Source of the DNA: Octopus vulgaris
Lineage: Eukaryota
Assembly: GCA_951406725.2 (NCBI GenBank)
Contig: OX597815.1
Coordinates: forward strand, 51,212,001 to 51,276,000
DNA: 64,000 nt
Reading direction: 5' to 3'
Of the stretch, positions 40,567-53,968 are shown piece by piece. Each line of letters begins with the position of its first letter. Within the stretch, counting starts at the first letter, position 1. A model generated the notes under the pieces. It ran no database searches and was not told where the DNA came from. It saw only the letters and a list, made by a program, of their open reading frames with translations. Made by a program: the position numbers and the translations under genes.

Positions 40567-40568
<2 letters not shown>
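39805..40568 (-). mobile_element. Penelope-like element 3' fragment with GIY-YIG endonuclease domain
   Basis: Minus frame 40565-40219 reads 'LIYVLTCSGCWEQYIDQ..LCQRMARHRSQI..FSKHVDIC..FRIFPL..KESFFITKYKPLLN', matching the PLE GIY-YIG pattern (IY-CxxC-YIG, R, H, E, LN). (TA)n on both sides. Confidence 0.82.
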
Positions 40569-40640
<72 letters not shown>

Positions 40641-40671
40641 TATATATATATCATATATCAAAAGAGAGATC

Positions 40672-40830
40672 AAAGGTCCCTCCTCGGCCATAGGGCCATA
40701 AGGTCCATTTCCTGGATTTTGTGACATATATATATTCCCCATCCCCATCCTGGATGGGATACCAAGTCCATCGCAGGTTTGCTCATTGTGCCAGCAAAGT
40801 AAACTAGAGTAATGTAAAATGAAGCATTTA
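40672..40830 (-). mobile_element. Partial SINE family D (V-domain-like tail)
   Basis: Homologous to 56291-56440; 'cctgcgatggact' on the minus strand. Confidence 0.65.
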
Positions 40831-40881
40831 TATGTATATATTCTTTTATTCTTTTACTTGTTTCAGTCCTTTGACTGCTGC

Positions 40882-40917
<36 letters not shown>

Positions 40918-41884
40918 CATATTTATGAATTTGTAAACAAACCTGAAGGCTGTAAATTATGGAGAAGAGCAACAGACATAGGTCCTTTTAATAATAACTG
41001 TAATTATATATTATTTATATAATGATATATGTTCCATTTACTTATATATAGATATGTGTATATCTTATGTGACACACACACATACACACACAAATGCTCA
41101 CATTCATACATGTTCATATAAATATATATCTAAAGATACATTCCTAAACACTCAAATACATGTATGCACAACCAGTCAATGCAGTCTTTTGTCATCTCTC
41201 CCATGAGATACAATGATTTTAGATCAGGCTTAACCACTTCATACAAAATCTTCTTCTGCAAGTTTCACTTTTGAATGCATTTCTTTATGTCAAATTCAAT
41301 TAGTTGATCATAGTTTCATAGCTTTGCTGTATAAACTGCAGATACAGGTAAGTGCAATTGAGTTGAGAAATCAATTAAACTGTAAGAGCATGTGGTTGTT
41401 GAATCCAATAAAAATAATCACATTGCAATCACACAGTAAAAATAATAAATAAAAAAGGACTGGAGTAGTTAGATCAAAATATCGAACCTTACAGATGTTC
41501 TTACAATTATTGTTGTTCAACCATAGATCCATCCTTTTTGGCTAGCAGGCAGTGAGTGGATGCTTGCTGCTAATGAAGTACAAACATGCTGAAATCACAT
41601 GATTGAGCAGATCCACCACCAGTGCTGGATGGTTTCTCATCTGCTACTGGTTTGATCATGTGATGCAAGTGGATGGTGATAGCTCCATAAAGAAGTGCCA
41701 ATCACTCAAGATGGCTGCAACTCATGGAAGAGAGAGATCCAGGAAGAATGGGATGCAGTACTGAAGGACAATCTCAGGGCAGTGAACATTTTGGAGGAGC
41801 TGTCCTCCACAGTAGGAGTGTTAAGGTTACTCTTCCTGGTGAAGATGATTGACCTACAAGAGTCCTGTGTTAATGTCAAATTAA

Positions 41885-42143
41885 AAGCACTTGTGCTGGT
41901 GCCTGCCACATAAAAAACACTAATGCCAGTGCCATGTAAAAGCACCTGTGCCTGTGCTACATTAAAAGCCCCCAGCACACAATGTAAAGTGGTTTGTGTT
42001 AGTAAGGGCATCAAACCATAGAAACCACTTCAAATCAAACTGAAACATGGTGCAGCTCTCTGGCTTCCAGGTCTGGTCAAACCGTCCAACCCATGCCAGC
42101 ATGGAAAATGGACATTAACAGATGATGATGATGATGATGATGA
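41885..42143 (+). mobile_element. RTE 3' UTR fragment (plus strand)
   Basis: Ends 'ggacattaacagatgatgatg'. A more decayed ORF2 remnant lies upstream (about 41700-41800). Confidence 0.8.
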
Positions 42144-42646
42144 TTATCATCATCATCATCATCATCATCGTTTAGCGTCCGTTTTCCATGCTAGCATGGG
42201 TTGGACGGTTCTACTGGGGTCTGTGAAGCCAGAAGGCTTCATCAGGCCCAGTCAAATCTGGCAGTGTTTCTACGGCTGGATGCCCTTCCTAACGCCAACC
42301 ACTCCGTGAGTGTAGTGGGTGCTTTTTACGTGCCACCCGCACAGGTGCCAGACAGAGCTGGCAAACGGCCACGAACGGATGGTGCTTTTTATGTGCCACC
42401 GGCACGAGGGCCAGGCGAGGCTGGCAACGGACACGAAACGGGGCGGTGCTGGCAACGGTCGCGAAACGGAAGGATCTCTTACATGCCACCGGCACTGGTA
42501 ACACATCTGCAATTTCCATTGATCGATTTCGATTCTGATCCTCACTTGCCTCAACAGGTCTTCACAAGTAGAGTTTTGTGTCCCAAGAAGGGAAGGTATG
42601 CATACGTAGGCTGGCTCCATCCCATGTAGAAGGCCACGGGTTATGG
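42144..42646 (-). mobile_element. Young RTE 3' UTR fragment (minus strand), tail-to-tail with the previous copy
   Basis: (CAT)n followed by 'cgtttagcgtccgttttccatgctagc'; CpG-rich. Confidence 0.88.
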
Positions 42647-42949
42647 ATATATATATATGTGTGTAGAATAAAATCTTAAACTCTGGCATCTTCAAGGGGG
42701 TATAGAAAAGTCAGCTAGAAGACATGTGCTATGATATTTTAACATCCTTCTGTCTTAAGTGAGAATTTTTTTCTTATTACAAACTGCAATGAGAATCCTT
42801 TGCGGGTTCAAATACCTCTCAAACATATTTGAATTTGTATGTTTTCAGTCCACTGCTTTGAGCACCTACTCATGAACCAGTTTCATCCTAGCAGCCAATG
42901 TGCATTATCAATCTAACCAGAAATTTCTAAGTCTTCACACACACACATA

Positions 42950-43840
42950 TATCATGCTGAACCACTGAAATCTACAAGTTTTTTTCATTCTCTCTCTGTT
43001 TATTTTCTCGTATTCCTTTCTGTTGAAGAGTGTATGTTTAAAACGTAAAAGTTCATTTTCCTGAGTGTCAAACTAATACACAGTGGTGGATTATGTACAG
43101 GCACTGCAGAATTGCAGCACCCCCTATTTCCACTCGATATTATCGATAACATTCAATATAATGAGTCCTTTTTTCTTTAATTCTTTCTTTATGCTTGTAC
43201 ATTATATAATCCTTAAGCTTAATGTCAGTAGCCATCCCCTAGTTTATGAAAAAAATACAAAAATCCTTGTATAGAATTGTACTCTTCACAGTTTCGGTGA
43301 CACAGTCTTTGGCTGTTGTGTGCATGCTCACATGTCCAAGAGAGGAAGCTTCATGCTAAGGAGAGAGAGCACTGCATGAACAATAGTGCCGACCCCAGTG
43401 TTCTGGTGAAAGGTACTGTTTCTTTTTCACACCATGTGTTGTGCTTAAAAACGTGTTTATATTCTTGAATGGGATAAAGTGTCGAATTAGATTATTACCC
43501 TGCTTCCAGCTTCAGTGTTACTGCCAGGATTTGAAAAATAGAACACATTTTGCCCCCTTATTTTGTGATTTAAGGGGTGGGGTTGAAAAACAAGGGGGGG
43601 ATTCATGACAATGTTCAGACACACTACTCGACAGTGGCTAAAACATGAACCAATCGAGTTTATGTATAATTTTTTTTATATGTTTGTTTCCTATTATGCA
43701 CAATAAATTAAAACAACTGCTAAATATTTTCTGAAGCAGCATCCCAACTAATTTTATCTAGAAGCCACCACTGCTAATACATTTGCTTGTTGTTCATACA
43801 CCTGTCTTCATCTTTTGTCTTTCTATAAATTTCAGCTATA
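42950..43840 (+). mobile_element. Penelope pseudo-LTR-like short repeat with a decayed CUGUUGA hammerhead (43016-43051), split by a hAT insertion
   Basis: CTTT-CTGTTGA-A-GAGT-GTAT-GTTT-AAAA-CG-TA-AAAG. The repeat resumes after 43781. Confidence 0.55.
43081..43773. mobile_element. Non-autonomous hAT DNA transposon
   Basis: TIRs CAGTGGTGG / CCACCACTG and a perfect 8-bp TSD CTAATACA (43073-43080 and 43774-43781). Confidence 0.9.
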
Positions 43841-44233
43841 TATACATATATATATATATATTATTATGTCAAAGCAAAATGATAAAAAAATGTGTAACAG
43901 GCCTACCATTGATTAAATACTAAACACAAAATGTAACAATTATAATTAAATGTAAGTATACTGTGATATATAAAATGTTGAATTTGGTGAAATATAATGG
44001 CCTGAATGTTGTACATAATGGGATTTAAGAATGAGAATATTTGAAATACAAATTGTCTGACACATTGTATAAAGAAAATTTATTCCATGTTATCCCAAAT
44101 GAGTAGTGGCATATGTGGATAAAACAATCTATTCAGGAAATCGTAGTTATTGTTACTTCAGTTCAGTTGTGTTGATCAAAAACATTCCAGTTGTCACTAC
44201 CCCATCTTTTATTCAAAGATAATGTATTGAGAA

Positions 44234-44617
44234 CAGTGGTTCTTAACCTGGGTGGCAGAACCCTCTTGGGAGTATTGTAAATGTATGTGACAGCCAACAA
44301 ATATTAAATGGCACTATGGGAGACACCAGGTGTTTGAGGGGTCATGAATTTTCTCAGAAATAAACTATTTAAAATGTTTACAATACATATATATGTAAAA
44401 TACATTTTCAAAGAAAATATCTTTTTCAGGATTAAAATGTGGGTAGGGCATTGTGTTGTCTGTAAGTATAAACATGATTGATGATGTGCCCAGGTCTTAT
44501 ATAATTTCATTACATAGGTGCCCACTTTATTCAATTACTTCCAATAATATTTGATATCAAGAAGGAGCACATACTGAATGAGATAAGTATGAAAAAAGTA
44601 TGGGTTATAAAACACTG
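44234..44617. mobile_element. Degenerate hAT/Charlie-like MITE
   Basis: Left end CAGTGGTTCTTAACC and an imperfect right end GGTTATAAAACACTG; no clear TSD. Confidence 0.4.
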
Positions 44618-45189
44618 CAGAAAAGTTTCTTCCATTTGAGTAAAATAATCATCTTTGTTTTTTTCTTCAAAATAAATGGAGGTATTTGTAAATGCCATTC
44701 TGTGAAAGGGAGCACTGACTTACGAGAGGCTGAGAGCTATTAAATCTAGATCTGTGTCCTTCCATTTTTTTTAGTCAGCTAGAAGACTTGTGCTATGGTA
44801 TTTTAACACCCTTTTGTCTTAAGTGAGAATGTTTTTCTTCATTACAAACTGCAGTGAGAACCCTCTACATGTGAGAACTCTTTGTCACTAGAGAAATGAT
44901 ATGTTAAAATAAATACATTATCAGTTCCACAGCCAGGTCAAATAAAGAATTATAATTAAATATTTAGTAACAAAGATGTTGTAGTTTAATCCTAGGTTAG
45001 TGTTGATTAAGCAGGACTACCATCATAGCCATGACCACCCCATCATTTTCTTGGGTATTGCATATATATTTCAAGATGGTAGTGTAACATGAGGGAGATC
45101 TGACTGCTACTTCTAGTAGGTTGAATGATTGTATAGAGGCTACTTTGTTGGCTCATGTAATTACATACAGGCTCCCTTTATGTGGTTAG

Positions 45190-45468
<279 letters not shown>

Positions 45469-48400
45469 TGCTAATGGGAATGAATGAAAGTAATCAGCAT
45501 TCAGTTTCACATGAAGAGAAGCAATTACTGCAAGGATACCTGGCTAAATATAGATGAATAAGCCACACTTTTATTGATTGTGATGTTGTCCCTATATGAT
45601 GCAGTCTCATTGGCAATGCTGGTTAGATTAGAAAGAATGGTTTATTATATCTATGAGTGGAAGTAGATGAAATCACAAACACAGCATCAGTTACTTGATT
45701 GAGGAATAATTCAAAGTCTTGGTAGAAATTAACCAAAGGCTCTTTTCTTTTTCTTTTCATGAATTTAGCAACTTTTTGTTTATGGTTATTAATGTCGTTG
45801 CTGTTGAGAATAGTAATAAAAACAAACATGTACAAATATAATCTGTATATAACGTTCCCTTTGTGATCTTCACAGGGTCACAGGGCCAGCCTCTCCCCAC
45901 TCCCTTCGTCATCAGTGGAGCTAACCACCCTCTGAATATCCAAGATGTCACACAGCATTCTATCCATTAACATATTACTCTGAGTACTGATCACAGTTAC
46001 CCTTCCTTTCTCCCACTTCATTGTACACCATGCATTAGGGGGCTTTACCCATGCTTCATCTTCAATCTGGAAAGCTGCAAGCCCTCACATTCAGTCCTCT
46101 CGCTCTCGTCACCCACTTCATTCCACCACAAGTGTTTGAAATGTAAGTGCAAAAGTCATAGGCACACAATGTGACAGGGACACAATGGGGAATACAGGAT
46201 GTTTAGAGGGTTGTAATTTTTTCAAGAAATAAAATACTTAACCCTTTTGAGAGACACTGTATTTTGGTATGTGTAGCCAAAAAGACCAAAGTTTTTTTTC
46301 TTGTTAAAACTGAAATTGATAGATGCATGTAGAAAACTAAGGATAAAGTACCTAAAACTACTTTATTAGTATGTGAAACTATATATATTGTATAGTTTTA
46401 TATTATATCTACTGAAAGACAACCCTTGATAGGCTATTACATTTCAATATGTTTGTTCCATCAGGTCCATGGATCAGTCTCAAAGTCTTTTCGGCTTGTA
46501 TCACTTAGGCCCATCAATTAGTCCAGGTGTCACAAGAGGGTCAATGCAGTTACATAACTTACATTTTAACTACATTAAGTATTTGAAATTAGGTATTTAA
46601 AAAATATTAAGATGAGTGAGAAGAATAACACATATATAATGTTGGAAATCATAAACTTTACATTAGTTAAAACTAGATGAACACAAAGAGCAAAAAGATA
46701 GCATTATAGTATTATTGTTGTTAATTCTGTTGCATTACTGATGACTGACTCTGAATTTGTTTGTCATGTTTCCAGGCAATAATATCTTAGAATTCACCTG
46801 CCTGTGTTTTCCAGCAGCTATCTGATAACTATCCAAGAGAGGCATTAATTGCATCATTCTCTCCAGTTTTCAAGGTCCTGCAAAAGTCATAAGCACAACT
46901 CACTTCCTTGAAATGAAACTAATAAGAAGTTGAGTGAAAACTGATGAAATATGAAAATCCTGCATGTGAAAGGTGTCAAAATGTACAATCAATGTAATGA
47001 TTTGCTGTACAAAAAGTAACACAATATATAAAAATTGTTGCAGAAGTATTGAGAAAATCCAAGACTTACACAAACATAGGCAGAGGCTGGAGTAAAATTG
47101 CAACTAGAGCATAATTAAGTCAGGGGAAAATTGCAATAAATTAATATGGTTGACTTAAAAGAACTAGTTTTAGAGATAACTCCCATGTATTGCATTTTCT
47201 TACATCATTATCTACATGTTAAAACGAAAACAAATAAACACTGCAGTAACCTTAACATATCTATTTGATATGACTAGAAACAACCATGAATTCATTTCTG
47301 ATGAAATGTATGTAAGAAAGAAAAGACTTAATAAAAGAAGGAAGTCTCAAAAGAAATTTAAACTGTTACAATGTTTCTAAAATAAATGAATTTAAATTTT
47401 TAAAAATTTAACAACACTAAAAGACATAAGTACATTATGTGCATAACGCCAATATTACTTCCCCCACACTACTGTAAATAATAAACAAAGAGCAGCAAGA
47501 AGAAAACTCAATTTGAAAGATCAAATCACTAGAGCTAAATAATAAAAGGGAGAAAATTATAGGAAGTGAAAATATTAAGGTAAAAACAGCAGCTATTGAT
47601 TCAAATTTTCTATTGACTCCTATGCTAACTGGGTGCTACTTTCTGAAATGATCAGCTGATGCAATAATCAAGTTAAACTGATGGCTAATCACAGGTTATA
47701 ATACTCAAATGCCAACTGGTGAGAGATGAAAAGGTAAGGTGATGGTTAGGTTGTGAAATGATAACAAACAAAACAAAAGTACTTGATAACAGTCCAAATA
47801 TTCCTTTAATTTTCAACAATGTAACCCACCTTCTTCATTTCTAAAAAAAAAAAAAGAACTTTGTCCGTCTAGATCTTTCAGAAGATATTACTATCATGTC
47901 CTATGAGAGAAGTAGAAGAGAAAAAGTTAACGGGCTGGTTGTAAAAAAAAAAAAAATTCTAGATAGTATAAAATAATAGCCTAAAATTGCAAACAGAGAT
48001 AAAGAGATGGAAATGAAAACAACAAAACAAAAGAATAAAATAAAATAAATTTAAGGCAATGATTATTGTTGAGTTTAAAAAAGGAAGACTGGGTTTGGTA
48101 TGAAATGTTTAAGTTAAAGTGAATTGAGTAGTTAGCAGAGCCAGAAGAGAAGAGATATTAGAAGAGAGAGAGAGAGAGAGAAGTGGGAGGAGAAGGTGTA
48201 AAATGAATTAGCTGATAAAGAGAACCAGAAAGAAGAGAAAGGGTTGATCTTTATTCTATTTGATTGTATAAGGAGGGGAAAATAGATGAAAACAAGCACC
48301 ATCTTGATTGTTAAAGAGAAAGGGGCAGAAACGAGTTGATTCCTAATTACTTGATCACAGGTATTGGAAAAGAAAGAAAAATAATAAATTACTGAATGTT

Positions 48401-49034
48401 TGTAGATTAAAAAAAAAGCATTTTTATAAGAGGTGTGTTAAGTATTAGCAATGATAGGAAAAGTGAAAACAGGAAAAGAAGAGAGAGAGAGAGAGAGAGA
48501 GAGAGACTAACCAGAAGAAACACATCTACATTTAATGCCAAAACTGTGACAAAAATGGCCTCCAGTTCAAGTCAGCATGCAAAGTGGACCTAATCTATGC
48601 AAATGTTTGAAAGTGTAAGTGTTTTTTGCCCACTGAGTTTTCCCTTTGCCTGTTAAATGATTGACAGGTGCATTGCTCAAGTACTGCCCTGTTGGATGAA
48701 AAAGACAAAAGGCTGAAAATAGAGTATGCTATAAGTTACAAAGAAATAAGGAAAAAATAAAAAGATTTGAAAGGTGGTGGTGGTGGTGCTGCACCTGCTG
48801 CTGCTAGTGATGGTTTTTGGTGGAGATGGAGGGGGAAATAAAATGACACAAATGTCGAAGACAATATATTATACAGAACAAGAGAGATATTTGATACCAT
48901 ATAGATTGCGTGATACCGACTGAAAAAGAAAAGCTAAATAATATAAATAAAAAATAGGAAAAAAAATTCTCTTCGGCCATATATAGTTATGGACTGAGTA
49001 GTAGAAAGGGGAGTATAATAATGATAATGATAAT

Positions 49035-49080
<46 letters not shown>

Positions 49081-49811
49081 GCAACAACAACATAGCAAAA
49101 ACTGTAAAAATAAATAAAAGAAAAAATATCCCAGATCATTAATAACACAAAAGAAAATTGAAATAGACTATAAATTTGTATTTATCTTGGTAAGATAACT
49201 GGCCATGCCAAAACATTGGTAAGGATTAAATATATTCTAGTTTAAAGACTGCATCCACAATATCTTAGTGACAGCTAACAATTCTTTTTGGTAAATAAAT
49301 GACTTCTGACAGATTTCTCAGTTTTCTACTTTGTCTCTTTCTTTTTCTTAGGGTTTGAAGTAAAAAATCTTCCAAGATAACACAAAATACATATTTAATA
49401 AAGAATATAGAGAATAAACACTTCAATAAACATGTGGCCAGATATTTGTACACAACAAATAAAAAATTGGTTTGATCCAATTTCCCGACCAAACCCCAGA
49501 ACTTAGTTCATCCACTACCAACCTTACACACAGTTGTTTTCTAATGCTAGCTTAAGTAGAAAAATTTGTTTGATAACACCTTATTCTACTTCACCATTAT
49601 GAATAATATTCTTGGAAGTACAAATGTTCACCTCAGGAAATGAACTTTTGATAAAAACTGTTCAATTTTTAGTATCAGTCACTCAGTTCCTGTGTCTCAA
49701 GTGCACAATGCATGTAACCAAATATGCTCAGCTCCCATGCAGTAAGAGTTAATTCTCTAATGAGTTTTTTTTAATCCAAACAGTCAGCTTACAAAATAAG
49801 TTACATATCTA

Positions 49812-50695
49812 CAAGGTGGTATCAAAAAGTTCCTGGACTAGTTCTGTAGTGCACCAACAGATGGCAGCAGATGGTTGCATGCACAGTGAGAGCTAGCAGT
49901 GATCTTCATGAGGCAGTGTACCAAGTGACATTGCTGTTTTCACTTCATAAGTTGTGTCATTTGTGTTTTTGTGATTATATGTATGCTGTAGTATGCAATT
50001 TTCTCATGGACAGGAACAAAAAACCAACATGAAATTTTGCATCAAACTTGAGAAGTCTGCTACAGAGACATTGAGCATGCTTTGGCAAGTGTAAAGTGAT
50101 GAGGCAACGGGTTATATGCAATGTTTCGAGTTGCACAGGTGCTTCAAAAGCAGAAGAACATCTCTGGAAGACAATGAGTGATTTGGAAGACTTGCCATGA
50201 GCATCACCCCCAGAAATGTTGTATTGTGCAAGAGTATTCATCCCCCAGGGCCAGACCACCGATCGAGAATTCTACTGAAACATTTTGAACCATTTGAGGG
50301 AGAACATTCAGTGAAAGCAATGCAGAGAATTAGATTCTTCACCAAGCTCTCCTCACTCATAAGTCTCTCACCAAAAACAATGTGGTATCACTTCTGCACC
50401 CACCCTATTTGTCATTTTAGCACCTGTGAACCTCCATCTCTTCTCCAAGATGAAAATACAGCTCAAAGGTCACTGTTTTAACACAGTTGGTGAGGTCCAG
50501 AATGAATCGCAGAAGGTCCTCAACTTGCTAACAGAAAAAAAACTTCCAGACTGGATTACAAAAGTAGCAGGAACACTGGGACTGGTGTATTACAGTACAA
50601 GGTGATTATTTTGAAGGAGATGATGGTGAAACTTAGGTAAATAAGTTATTCTTTATTAAACATAACTAGTGCAGAAACTTTTTCATACCACCTTA
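49812..50695 (+). mobile_element. Internally deleted, decayed mariner transposon
   Basis: About 32-bp TIRs (CAAGGTGGTATCAAAAAGTTCCTGGACTAGTT) preceded by TA. Remnant peptides 'NMKFCIKLEKSATETLSML..QCFELHRCFKSRRTSLED' and 'HLFSKMKIQLKGHCF..WDWCITVQGDYFEGD', with stops. Confidence 0.9.
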
Positions 50696-51381
50696 TGCTT
50701 AACTTTTTTTTATAATGTATCTTAAACTCTTATTACTAGAGAACAATTTACCCTATTTGTAAGTTCATCAGTTTCTTAATTATAAGACTTAAAACTTTGA
50801 TAATGTTTTCTCAAGAAGGGCACTGGTGATGGTGCCCTGCGAAATGCACTGGTGATAGTACCACATAAACGCACCCGGTGCACTGTAATATGATTGGCAT
50901 TGGGAAGGACATCCAGCTGTAGAAACCAAGCCAAAATAGACTATGGAACTTAGTGTAGCTCCTGGCCTTACCAGCTGCTGTCAAACAGTTCAACCCATGC
51001 CAGCATAGAAAACAGACATTAAATGAAATGATGGTGAAGATTTCATTGATATAATGCAATACATGAATCCTCATGATTGTGAAGCAAATTTCACAACCAT
51101 ACAGCTATGTCTGCACCTCTTTACATTAGAAAGAGAAAAGCTTAGAATTTCATGCTGAGTATAACTCATCAATTAAATGCTGTTGTTGAGTAAGATGTGC
51201 TTTTCTCTGGTTAGCTATTTAAAGCTGGTTATAAGGGATTATTGCCAGTCCAAGGGATATGACACAATAAATCTATTAGCTTGCAGGTTACAATACTGAA
51301 ACATTTCAGACCCTGGACAAATTATACTCTTTATGTAATCTAAACTTTCATAATTCAATGCTGGAAAATGCATCTCTTTAT

Positions 51382-51609
51382 TTAACTCATTAGCATTCAC
51401 ATTATTCTGTCAAATGTAATGCTTATTTATTCAGCATTGTTTTGAATTAATCCTGCATTATCTTGTAACTTCAAGATTCCGATGACATAGCTGTTTACTT
51501 TTAGATGACCTTGTAGGATAAGTGTGAGAGGTCAGACCTGATAGGTTTCAACACAAAGCAGGTTGAATAATTTGGCAAGATATGGCCAGTTTAAGTGCTG
51601 AAGAGTTGA
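51382..51609. mobile_element. piggyBac-like MITE with TTAA-type ends
   Basis: TTAACTCATTAGCATT ... AAGTGCTGAAGAGTTGA. Second copy at about 56755-56960. Confidence 0.55.
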
Positions 51610-51662
51610 AGGTTGTAAGAGACATTTGTCAACTTGTCCATAGCAATATTAAAACCACTCCA

Positions 51663-51880
51663 TAAGTCAACAAGCTGGCAGAATCATTAGCACAACAGAC
51701 AAAATGCTTAGTGACATATTGTCTACATTATGTTCTGAGTTCAAATTCCACCAAGGTCAACTTTGCTTTTCATCCTCTCAGGGTCGATAAAATAAGTACC
51801 AGTTGAGTACTAAGGTCAATGTAAGTGACTTACCCGACACTCTTGAAACTGCTGGCCTTGTGCTGAAATTTGAAATCAGT
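51663..51880 (+). mobile_element. SINE family C copy
   Basis: 'gctggcagaatcattagc...ctgagttcaaattcc...gggtcgataaaataagtaccag'. Confidence 0.8.
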
Positions 51881-53639
51881 ATTAAAATCACTCCACTCTT
51901 CTATGTTATTACTAATGTTAAGCATAGGAACACAGCAGACTTGTGACAAAATGGCTTATTCTGTATCTGTTCCACACTCCAGTTCAATATAGTTCATACT
52001 GAAGTATAATTATAAGGCGTGATTAATATAATTGAATATCACTGTATTAATATAGAATATTGAATTAATTGATAATGTACTTTGATAATTCCAAGTAGAA
52101 TATTCATTTCATTTGTTAATCCCAAGAGTTATCAAAGCACTTGGTTTCATGAAGTCCTCCTGAACTGATGGTTAGTTTAGATGACGTGGATGAAACCTAA
52201 GGAGAGATGCCAAGAAAAAGCATTGGTGGAGAAAGATGTACCTGACCAACATACTGAATACATAACCTAGGTAAAGATCTAAGCAAATGAGAACATATGC
52301 TGCCACTTGTTTTAGCTTCATAATAATGCTATAGGAAATTCCACTGAGGTCGACTTTGCCTGTCATCCTTTTGGAGTTGATAAATTAAGTCCAAGTTGTG
52401 TACTGGAGTTGATCTAATCATCCTCCCGCCAAAATTTCAGGTCTTGTACCTAGAGTAGAAAAGAATATTGCTACAGGAATTAAAAGCAGCAGACGAAGTT
52501 TCCTAGGAAGTTCTTATAGTTACTGTTTATCCCTAACAAAAGCATTCCAGCCATAAGTCTTCAGTACTTTTTCAAGCATTGGTTGATAATGATGTGAGTC
52601 TAGAGCTAAATTATTCAGAGTCCTTCTGTTTCTTAAAAGAGCAGAATGTGTTTTCAATTAGATTTAACTGCTATTTAAAAAATATAGAGCAGCCATGTAG
52701 ATATTCTTTTGTTGGTTTACAAAGGTCCCTTTGTTTGGTATATGAGTCTGGTGAAATATATCAAAATATAGTCAAGCTTCATGTGAGTATATTTGGTCTA
52801 TGGTGGATGGACAATTTGGTCTATGGTGGAAGTACATTTTCATAGTGTACCTTTGGGGTCTTTGAAGCAACTTGCTCAGCATGTGAGCTTTATTTTTATT
52901 GCTGTTAGAAGGAAAGGTAGTATCCTTGACACTTTTCAGAGACTCCAAGAAGAGTGGTGAGAGGGCAAGAGGATGGTATCATCAAACCAAAAACCTGATC
53001 CAAATGCTTGGAACAGTGTGGAACCCTTCACTATAGGCACCCAATGACAATTTGGCACTATTGAACACAGCAAGTAGGTCACAGCAGGATTTGATCTCAG
53101 AATGGAAAGAGCCAGAACAAATTCCACAGGGCATCATATGTGATACTTTGAAACTTCTGCCAGTTCACCACTCTAGATTAGTACTTTATTTTATTGATCT
53201 TGAAAAGATGAAAGTCAATCAAAATAATTATGGTGTTTAATAAGTAAGGCAGAGAGCAGATAGAATCATTATCACACTGGACAAAATGCTTAGTGGCATT
53301 TCGTCCATCTTTACTTTCTGAGTTTTAAATTCTGCCAGGGTCAACTTTGCTTCCCTTCCTTTCAGGGTCAATAGGAAAATTCCAATTGGCACTTGGGGTT
53401 GACATGATCAACTTAGCCAAATTGCTGGTCTTGTGCCAAAATTTGAAACCAAAAAGTAAACTTCTAAAGATTTGTGTTATGAGAGGCTCTAAATAAGATA
53501 ATGTGATTCTGGTGAGAAGCATCTGATAGTAGAGTTATTCTCTTTTACCAGGTTTCAGAATTTTCTTTGCTGAATATATAGGAAATCTTTGCAAATGGGA
53601 GAGTGGGGCGTATAGATTAACTAGTGTGTTTAATTAGAT

Positions 53640-53968
53640 GATGCTCAGTGGTTAGAATATTGGGCTCACAATCACAAGGTAATGAGTTCAATTCCTGTAC
53701 TAGGCCGTGTATTGTATTCTTGAGCAAGACACTTCATTTCATGTTGCTCCAGTTCACTCAGCTGTAGAAATGAGTTGTGACATCACTGGTGCCAAGCTGT
53801 ATCAACTTTTGATTTTTAGCTTGGATAATATCAGTGGTGTCGAGATGGGAGGCTAATATGCATGAGCAACTGCTGGTCGTCCATAAACAACCTTGCCCAG
53901 ACTTGTACATCAGAAGGTAACTTTCTAGGTATAATCCCATGGTCATTCATAACCAAAGAGGGTCTTTC
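53640..53968 (+). mobile_element. SINE family D, tail type 2
   Basis: Shares its head with 9375 up to 'cactcagct..aaatgag', then has a different tail. Confidence 0.72.
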
